Source: the human T2T-CHM13v2.0 reference genome, Homo sapiens. From it: a stretch of DNA of 64,000 bases. Shown in pieces: positions 54,356 to 64,000 of the stretch. Position 1 is the first letter of the stretch; every line of letters starts with the position of its first letter. The notes beneath the pieces are model-generated. The model searched no databases, was not told the origin of the DNA, and worked only from the letters and a program-made list of their open reading frames with translations. The position numbers and the translations under genes were made by a program. The stretch lies in assembly GCF_009914755.1 (NCBI RefSeq), contig NC_060942.1, one strand, 5' to 3'.

Positions 54356-57259
54356 AGCTTGCATCACTTTACAGTGCTGCTAATGGCTCATCATGGGGAG
54401 CCAGATAAAAGCATTTAAAGAGGAAACAATGCAGGCTCCAGGTGACTTATACTTTTTATGGAGGGAAGACTGCCACACCAAGCCAATGAAAGTGGCTCAA
54501 AATCCTGTGGATGGGCATAATCTTCTTCAAGGAAATTTTCAGATTCTTTTCATCTACTTCAACAGTTTTCAGATGAGATGGTTGCCAGAGAGGGCAGGGC
54601 TGCACAGTCTCCATTCCACAGGGGAAGGGAAGCAGCTTTCTTCTCTGGCTTGACCGCTCTCCTCAGTGCTGATGAGACATGCAGACCACATGAAAACCAC
54701 AGCTTTCTTCAGCTGCCAACATTCGGAAGGCTCAACCAACCACTGTCTCCCCTTGTCATTACTCAGGATAGTCAATATTCATGATCAGAGGCTTATGGGC
54801 TGGATGTATAATAAATGCAACATGGGTTATTAGGATTATAAAACCTTAAATTCACTTTTTTCTTCTTAGATTAAAGCAATGCAATAAAGAATAAAAGCTC
54901 ATAAAAATGCCAACCAGTTACCTTCAGCTCTATGTATGTGAGGCTGCTCTTTGCAAAGTCAGATACAACAGCAACATACAACAGGTTGATTGAGAAAGCC
55001 CAGCCACTGGCACAGAGGTTAGATACGCCCCAGTGCTCCTGAACAGGAGATGGAGCTAGACTCCTACGAATAGCCAATTTCATGAAATAATCTTTGAAAG
55101 AAGTGAGTAGCACTTTTTATTTTTACAGGGAGACATTGTTCAGTATATAAGAGAAATTAGTCTTAGAAATATTGAGAGTCATGCAAGAAAGATGTTCTTT
55201 TTGCTTTCACAGACCTTCAAAGGGGATGCTATTGCCAATCTGAGCATCAAATCAAATGAGTTGCTTGATTAAAGAACAGGGCTACCTTGTGTCTTTTTTT
55301 TTTTTTTTTTTTTTTATGATTTCTTTCACTTTTCAAAACCCTTTCCATTCTTCAGGACCCATCTTCCTTGCTTCATGGTTTAACACCTCATGCTTCCTTG
55401 AATCAGTTAGCCAGGAGAATAAGAAATTTTGGCTGAGTATTGTTAGAACGGAGGCACTGGCCCACCTAGGAAGTTAGCCTCCAAACAATGTGCTCAGCAG
55501 TTCCAAATCTAGTGGCTCAAAGCCTCATCTCCCTGGCTTTGTTATCTACAGGTGCTGACCTGCTTGGTGAATGCTGGGATCTCTGGAAGAGGGAGGCAGA
55601 CATCACACACCAGCTGGCAAGTGGGAGCTGGCATGCAACATGCCCCAATACCACTCCCCTCCTGCCATCCCTATCTCCTAATGGTGCCTCCTTTTGGCCA
55701 AACCCACCTTTGGCTGGAGGGCAACAGAGCCCATTGACGTGGTCCCCTTGCATCTGCTACCTGGGGAGAAAAGCAGGATGGACACTGAATCTAGAGAAAT
55801 GAAGAAACCCATCCAGAAGAATACTGCTTCTTTATGTTTTTGTAGGTGAGTACTGAATTGTCATAGAAAGTAGTTTTTTAATTATGTGTTGTGGTCAAAA
55901 AGTTCAAGAAAAACTGGGATAATAGATGGAATTGTTCTGGATTTGCAAGTTGAGGGTTTACCAGAAGCTGTAGCCAGGCAAAGCTGGGATGGGCAGGACT
56001 GACTCCAAAGAAAGTCTTTCCTTTACCTCCATTAGACACTGGTTTCTCCTTATGCCGACTGCCTGTGGATCCTACTGCTGTACTTGTTGACCCTTGATAT
56101 GTTTTGTTTTATGCTAACATTTAAAACTCTTTATTTTAGGTGTACAAATCAGGCCTCCCCATGATATTCTAAACTCCTTGAGGAAAGAAGTGGAGTCCTG
56201 GGCTTCTGATGTAGCCTCCACAGTGCTCAGGGGATAGCGACACTGGCACCCTATAGATATTTAATTACATGTGGACTGGAAGAGACCAAACAGCTTCCTG
56301 GTATTTCAATCAAACCCGGTGCTCTAGACCTGTGGCTCACTCTGAGCAAACTATAATGAGTTGAACTTGAATCTGATTCCTGCTAAGAAAGGTTTCATTT
56401 TAATAGGCAGTAAGGCTATGAGCTAACACCAGAGTTCATTCGAGTTACTAGACTCACTGAAACTCCTCACAGGATCCATCTTTCATGTTTTCTAGATTTT
56501 GGTATTCTTATCTAAACTGCAGACCCAGAAACCCTATGGACCCTACCTTTCCAATTATATTTCTGGGAAGAGTCATTCTCTGCAGAGCTGAAGCATGTAA
56601 CAGAAAGTTCTCAACCTGAAAAATATACCTTCTGCGCCCAAGCCCCACTTTCTGCCACTATTTGGTAATCTCAAGTGGGTGAGGTGGTCTCTGAACTTCA
56701 GCGCTCTCATGGTCAGAGCCACAAGGGGTTACTGGGAGGCTAAAGGGAAGTGGCAAACGTGGCTGAGATTCAGAAAGAAAAGCAGCAAGTGTAGAGAGGC
56801 AAGGACTTTTCCATCTTTTAAATTCCTTAAAGGAAGCCAAAGTTCATTTTCCAGTCTCCTTCAGATGCCTCTCCAATCCTTCACAGCAGCGCACACATAC
56901 CGCAGAAGGAACTCACCATCACAAAAAGATGACAGAGCACTGGGGGCTGGGGTGCCACTTGTGTTGGCTGAGAGCCTGGATGCATGTGAGGTCAAGCCTG
57001 ACCTTGGGAAAGCTGCTCTCTGGACATTACTTGCTGTGCCACATACACAGCTTGGGTTTCTGAGGAAACAACACAGGCTCTAAGGAGGAACTGGAACGGG
57101 GCCCAGGGTATATCTTTTACAGCCCGTACTTTTGAGGAAAATAGAAGACAAAAGGTTTTTAAAAAACACAAAGTGTATACACGTATACACAAAGTTTACA
57201 AGTTTGTGTGTTTTAACATCTACTCTCCTTAAGAACAAGTAGACAGGAAAGATATTACC

Positions 57260-57732
57260 TGATATGGGTTAAATTGTGTCCCCAAAAACATGTTTTGAAG
57301 TGCTAACCTTTGGTACCTGTGGATATGACCTTACTTGGAAATAGGTTTTTGCAGACGTAACCAAGTTAAGATGAGGTCATATTTGATTAGGCTGAACCCT
57401 GAATCCAGTATGACTGGGGTCCTTATATAAACAAGAGAGACACACGCAGAGTGAAGATGATGTGTTGAAACACAGGAACAGTGTCATGGGATGCTGGGGA
57501 CAGCAGTTGGAGTGATGCATCTATGGGCCAAGGGAATGCCAAGGATTGCCAGCCATCACCAGGACAGAAGCATGGGTACTGATGCCCTCACAGAGCCCTT
57601 GAAGAGAGTCAACCCTGCTGACACCTTGATTTCAGACTTCCAGCCTCCAGAACTGTGAGAGAATAAATTTCCGTTGTCTTAAGTCACCCAGTTTGTAGCA
57701 CTTTATTATGGCAGCCCTGGGAAACTAACACA
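57260..57732 (+). mobile_element. MLT1C-like MaLR solo LTR
   Basis: tgatatgggttaaattgtgtcccc...cagcctccagaactgtgagagaataaattt...gaaactaacaca; 5-bp TSD ttacc/ctacc. Confidence 0.9.
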
Positions 57733-60299
57733 CTACCCTTATTTTCATGCTGAGGAATGTAAGATAGTTTTAGGCACCACCTGCTTCTATACAAGTTTTA
57801 TGATCTCTCCTCCTAATACTGCAGAAATTATGGGTTTTACCATCTTAGTATATAGCATAATATATCCAGCACACGTTATATATTTAGCACTTTATTAGAG
57901 TACCCCGGTTTGCTCTTCTGAAAAACTGTGAGGCTGGATTTGATGCTTTCTAAGGCTTTTTTTTCCCTATGTATTCTCTGATCAGAATACCCTGCTCAAC
58001 GAAGCCGCTGGTAATGAAGCTCATTAAAAATGAAATCACTTAGGTAGGGAGTTGGAGAGTGACTCATTTAAAACATTGCCTCCTGGAAACTGAAATTCAT
58101 TGAACACAAAAGCTTTTGGAGGGACTCAGATTGGTAGGGACTCTGCAGTCTGACAAAAGGGTCTGGTGACAGGGGGCATCTGATCCCATCTAGGGAGGGT
58201 AGGGAGAGGGAGTCCGGAGAGGGATGCATAAACAAGCCTTCTTCAGACATGCTACCTATGCCTCTCCCATGGCTCCTGCATGCTTGGATGTTACGCTTCT
58301 TTAAAGAGCAGGTGACAGGTTGCCCCTGGGACGCTCAGAGCCAGGCAAGGTGGGACTTGGCCCTGCTCCCCCTTCTTCTATCTGAAAAGTTGCCCTTAGT
58401 CCCACGGGGCCCCTTCCTGTCACACCGACACAGCTTGCTGGTTTTTGTTTTCTTTCACTGTCCTTTTTCTTTTTTCAGAAGTTCCTCACAGGAAGTGTTT
58501 GGCAGGCAGCTCAGGCCCCTGCTGAGATGGAGAATCTAGCAAACCTGTCCCGCTGATTGATTAAACACTGAGGAGGCTCCAAGACCCAAGCGTGAAATTC
58601 CTTGGCTCTGATTGTGCTAAGGGTAGAGCTCACTAATGAATGGAGTCTGATTACAGCCCAGCCTCTCCAGTGCCTCCTGTTGCCCCAATTTGGGGGATTC
58701 TTCTGCTTCGAGTACATCATGGAAAGCAGCACAGAGTTCTCAGCAGGATCTGCGATGTCTGATCCAAGAAAGATTTTTGTTGTTGTCGTCATTGTTGTTT
58801 TTTAATCCTGATCATTGCTCTCAAACCCTTCTCTACACAGCTTGGCGTGGGGGGTAGTTGATTTCCAGTGAAACCGGGTGGAAGCAGTGCCACTGCCACC
58901 TGTGAGGAGGAAATGGGCAACAGTCGGCTTCATCCGTCCTGAACGCTCAGGCCTGAATGTTCCAAACTGATGCTAAACTGAGACTCTCTGAAGGCCCATG
59001 GGGAAGCCTGGCATTGTGTAGCCATTTCTTCCAGCAAGGCTCTCCCCTCACATTCACAGCCTGCCACTTAAAGCTTTGGGAGACAATGTAGTTGACCTGT
59101 AGTTCTTCCTGTATGTGGCTCCTGGTCAGTCACTGGGCAAGGAGGAGGCTGCAGGCATTGTGCTATCCCCTTATCTCTCTCTCTGTCTGTCTCTTATCTA
59201 GTTCAAATCAGCAAATGGAGCTTGGTCCTTCGTTTGTAAAGTAAGGGGGTGGAAAATTATCCCTAAGTTACCTCCTGGTTTAGAAAAGTCTTAATGCTGT
59301 TTTATAATAACTCACCCACCTCTCCTCTTCCATGAGCTCAGAGCGGCCCAGCCCTTGGAATGTGTTTCTGCCACGACAAGGAATACAGGAGGAGTTGAAC
59401 AGGAAACCTGCCTCCTATCAGATTCACCTGAGGACGTGGTAAGACATGAAGATCTGAATGGATGCTTTATGCTGCTCTTATGGGACTCCCCACCTCTTTC
59501 CCTATCTGAATGCAGATACCTGCATTCTCCTAAACTTGGGATGGTTGTCTGGGATTTCCAGCCACAATTCAGCTTTGTCCTTTGGTAATTGCATTTCGTG
59601 TACTTGTGTTAGACTTTGTGAGAATTTGTAGAGCTACCCGGCCCACACATACCATACCCTTCGAGGACTCTTAGGCACATAGACCTACTTTCCACCATCA
59701 AGTCCTGGGCTCTCCTAGAGGAACTTGGCTGCTTTTAACACTTTCCTGGATCTGGTATCTCATGTGTCCTCCTGACTCCCTTCCCAAGTTCAGAGGTAAA
59801 TTTTCTTGGGCTTAGGATGGATCTCTGAGTTGGTTGTGGGGCTAGTTTGCCAAACTGACAGATTGGGAAGTCCAGCCACTACGGTGCTGGTCTGGTCCTT
59901 CTTGTATTTTCCGGCATGAGAATAGAACTGTCTTAAAAGATTGGCGAAGGACCGAATCAACAGTTGTGACCATCTTTGAATGTCAGGACGGTGGTTCTCA
60001 ACTGATACGTGTGGCTGGGTATTAGGAAGGTAGATGTAGTGTGTGTGTTGGCACATATCATTATTACCAAGATACAATTACCAAATGGGTGTGTGTGTCA
60101 TAACTACCAAAATGGGATGTGTCTGTGAATGGGCTAAGACAATTTGATATATCCATTCTATTCCTCTGCTTTTCTGTCTTTTAAAGCTTCCCCATTCTCT
60201 TATCCCAACTCTTTTGCCTCTCCCCAACACACAGATTGAGAAATATTGTGTTAGAGGAAGGTAGGGGCAAAGAGATAAGAAGTTCACTACATAGTTCAT

Positions 60300-60750
60300 C
60301 TGATTACCTGTCTTAGGGAAATGCTAGCCGATGTAACAAACAAACCCTAGAATGTTACTGTCTTATGTAACAAATGTTCTTTCCTCACTAATGTGATAGT
60401 TCAGTGTAGTTGTTCCTGAACAGTAGGCTGATCTCTTTTACACAGTAATTCAGGGACCCATGCTCCTACCCTCTCATGGTTTACATCTTCTACCTTGGAG
60501 TTCTTTGCTGTAGGTGGCTGAGAAAAGAGAGTATGCAGAACTCCCATGCACTTCTCAAATTCCACGGTCTGGAAGTCAAAATATATCACGTCCTTAACAT
60601 TCTGTTGGAGAAACAGAATTATTGGCCCTTCCTGGAAGCAAGAGGGGTTGTGCTAGGAAATGTAGTGGGTGACTATGTGTCTACCTCCCAGCAATACTCC
60701 CACTATAGATGTGCACATATTTTGGTGTTCAGCTATCCATCTCTGTCATA
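60300..60750 (-). mobile_element. MLT1J/K-like MaLR LTR
   Basis: tgtaacaaacaaaccc...acacagtaattcagggacccatgctcc...tctggaagt...cattctgttgg...gggaaatgtagt-like end. Confidence 0.7.
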
Positions 60751-60879
60751 ATTGCTCATATATTTATCAGAAACTTCACATCACAGAGCTCAGAAACTTT
60801 CTTTTACTGTGAGTTTTTATATAAATAAAAATAGAATTGGTAGCCAGCTACAGGAAAAAAAGGGGGTAAAAATATGAAT

Positions 60880-61070
60880 CAGATCTGTGCATAAATCTTG
60901 GCTTCAAAATTTAATAATTTTGTAAATCTTGGGCAATTTTCCTAAACTCTTTATACCTCAATTTACAGATCTGTGAAACAGGGATAATAATATTTCTTTA
61001 TGAGGTTAATGGTTGCAGATGACATAGAGGACTTGGCATATAATAAGTGCTCATTAAATAGTAGCTTTTA
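60880..61070 (+). mobile_element. MIR
   Basis: cttgggcaatttt...cctcaattt...atctgtgaaacagggataata...taagtgctcattaaatagtagc. Confidence 0.75.
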
Positions 61071-63140
61071 TTTCAATCTCAATAAAATCATTGCAAATGG
61101 ATTTTCATCAGTTAAGACGTTACTGTTCAACTCACAATATCCTGAAGTTTGAGACTTTTCTTCTGTAACCCAAGTTAGAATTTACTTATTCTTAGAAGGT
61201 TAGAGTTAGATGGCCCTTGAAGATTATCTGATTTCTGGGGACATTAGATGACTTTTTCAAGGTCACAGAGGTAATTATTGGCAGAGATAAGACTAAACTT
61301 TAAGTCTTTTCACTTGTAGATCAGTGTGCTAGCCAATTCTTTCAGTTAAACTTGGTGAAACTGAGTACACTGAACTTGTAGCTTCCAAGTTGGAGCTTTT
61401 GAGTGACCCATTTGGCTGCCCAAAGCAGGCCAGGGACACACAGCTGTCCTCCCCGCTGCAGTCCTGTCTGTTTATTCTGCCCACTTGCTGAGGAATGGGC
61501 TGTGGACAAGCTGTTTGGTTTGTTGCATATGATTTCTAGGCTAGCTTTTATTTTCCTGAATTGCCCATCATTTTCACTATCATGGTGCAGGGATTGTCTT
61601 CAGAAAATGAGCTTTGTTCTTTCCAGAGAGGTTACTTCTAACCAGTTATTAAAATAGGGCTTTCAGTTCATCTTCTCCTGAAAAGTGGTAGTGCTTTAAA
61701 GGACATAAAAAATAGATTCTCTAAGTGCCATATTTTAAACCAATATTTTTCTTCCTACCCCTCCTTTTTCAAACCACTGGAGACCCTTTCTTTCAATGGC
61801 TTTCAGGCTATTAATATTAAGAACATGCCATATCCATATGTTGTGTGAGTGAGCACGTATGTATTTCTCACTCAGTAAACACATTATAACATTCTATAGT
61901 GAAAATCCAACATGACTCAGCATCATTGTTTTGAGAAAACTGAATTTCTGCCAATCATTTCTAATAAAGATAGTAACCTTCAACTCTGACTGGTCACATG
62001 TTGACCACAAGAAGAATGAGCAGAGTAGCCATTGTCTATCTGCTGTACACTCAGGCAGTGTCACATAGGGCCTGGTTATAGCATTATCCTTGCTTTTTTC
62101 TCTAAAGGGTGGCCTTTGCTAACCCTCATAGAGAGGACTTAGTAATCAGGAAATATGATCTTACTGCCTTTTGCACTTTGGAGAAGTCTTCTAGAGTTTC
62201 TTTACCACTCAAAATGACAAGGTGAAGTCCCTTTTCCCACCTCCCCAGACTTCTCCAGATTACATACTCTAGTCTTTGGGAAGGGATAAGGGATTCTTAC
62301 GTAAAGAGACCTAGAGGGTCAGAATTTCAGAGACTGGAATTATTTCCAGCAGAATTAATTGCTCTATACCACACTTCCAAAGTGTGGTTCAGGCTCAGAC
62401 CTTTGGATGGAGGATAGCCTATGAGGTTCCCTCTCCTATCCCTGTCTCTCCCCCTTTTTCATGCATCCCTCCCTTCCAAATTCATCAGTCTGGATCTTTC
62501 CACCCTTTGCCCCATGGAAGGTGTTCTTCCTCCTATCTTTTTCCCAAAAAGAAAAGCAGGATCCTTTGTTCCTCCTTTTCTCATAAATTATCAGGCTTCA
62601 GTCATTCGCCGGATATTAATAAAAGTGCTTCCCTGGTTTAGCTGTGATAGACTGGGAATAGTGGGTTCTGGTCCCAATAACAACTTGTTTTCCTCACTGC
62701 TCAGCTAGGAAGCAGTCACATGTTACCAAAGAGAGAGTTCTAAAAGACAGCACCGTCCAATATCATATGAAGAATGGACAGTCCCACAGTTAACATGGAT
62801 TTAACTTCACTTCTTTTGAAATATTAGACCTTGACATTATTGTGTTAAGGGGAATTTGACTTGTTCCTTTGGCCTAACTCACCTTGCAAGGGTTTCCCTA
62901 CCCCACTTACTGTAAATGTCTGGCACATTTATATTGCTACCCAGAAACTCAGGCACTAGTTCTGATTATTTTCTTTTATCTTAATATACCTATGCCTTTA
63001 AATATGATGATCAGTGTAAGGGTTGTTGCCACTTTATCCTCCCACAAAAGATACAAAAAATATATAATATACATGTAATACCCCTAATACAAATATTATT
63101 GCATGGACCAATAACTTGAGTTTATAATTAGATTGGGAAA

Positions 63141-63640
63141 TTGTATTAGTTATGCCTCCTATTGTTGCAAGTGGCAGAATGTCAGCTGGGACTAAGAAAA
63201 AAAAAAGGATTAACTCATATAAATGTTAACTTCAGGGGGGTGTATTTAGCTTCAGGCATGGCTGGAGCCAGGGTTATCAAGCAGTATAATCTCTCTCTTC
63301 CCGTCTTCTTGTCTCTCATCTCTGTTTGCCTGCCTTGGCTTTTTTCACAGCTGCTGGCAGCCACAGGTGTACTCTGTTGCTACAGTTCCTGAACCCTCTT
63401 GGACAATGGTCCAGAGATTATCCTAACTTAGGATACTCAATTCTAGAACCACTTATTGGGAAGGGGGATAATTCTACTGATTAGTCAAATCTGCATCTTC
63501 TGTCAAACTCTAGGAAGGAGGTATGGGGGGATTAGCCCCACTTCAACCACAGAGATGAAGCCAAATTACTTTAGAATGGGGAGGAGCTGTTTCTTATAGG
63601 AAGGGATGCTATACAGGTAACAGATCTTTACATGTCCACT
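63141..63640 (-). mobile_element. Old MLT1 (K/L-like) LTR
   Basis: tgtattagtt...gttgcaagtggcagaa...gcttcaggcatggctggagccaggg. Confidence 0.6.
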
Positions 63641-63679
63641 CTGGGAAGTATGGTATTTCAATGGGAAACCATAAATGGT

Positions 63680-64000
63680 ACCATACAGGGTGTCATTAAA
63701 TACTGGAGTGCTGAACTCAGAAAGTCAGTGTAGAGGGAGCTCCTAAAGACAGCGAAGTCATGGAGAGTTGAGGGTAGTCAGAGGATGTTTCATACAGGAG
63801 GTGCTGTTTGTCCTGGATTTTAGAGAAAGCTTCCAGAGAGATAGTGGCTAATAAATGAAATAAAGACATAGCTAAACACTGGAAATGAGAGGCGGCAGCC
63901 TAAGGGAGTGGGAGAATCATTTCAGAAAGAGGAAGAAGACCTCGTCAAGGACAAACTTCTTACTTTACAGGCCTGTGAGCTGGCACTGGCGGCATGAGGA
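63680..64000 (-). mobile_element. L2 fragment
   Basis: gggtagtcagaggatgtttcatacaggaggtgctgtttg...ttcagaaagaggaa. Confidence 0.55.

Noticed and set aside
56679-57083. 134-aa ORF in non-repeat DNA
   Set aside because: Non-ATG start, no recognisable homology or exon structure.

Overview
Primate (very likely human) non-coding genomic DNA, intronic or intergenic, with no supportable protein-coding exon. Every informative ORF in the track is a translation of Alu, L1 or ERV relics. The window is a dense layering of interspersed repeats: about 13 Alus, large nested L1 blocks (about 5.1-8.5, 23.8-30.9 and 40.6-52.2 kb), MIR/L2, MaLR LTRs, a MER9 solo LTR, an MLT2A LTR, an ERVL integrase relic, DNA transposons (MER58A, MER1A, Tigger2-family, MER5-like), microsatellites and a U13 snoRNA retrocopy. 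I found no evidence for a new coding system. The most unusual structure is at 29.4-29.9 kb, where two locally templated insertions lie about 110 bp apart. The first is a 112-bp copy of sequence 5 kb upstream, framed by a 43-bp inverted repeat inside the (TA)n tract of the MLT2A LTR. The second is an 84-bp copy of an Alu/L1 junction about 1 kb downstream. Other oddities are an unidentified GC-rich, A-tailed insert splitting an MLT1 LTR, a trimeric Alu with one TSD, and a 3'-truncated L1 inserted into another L1. Repeat subfamily names come from recalled consensus sequences, and boundaries without TSDs are approximate.
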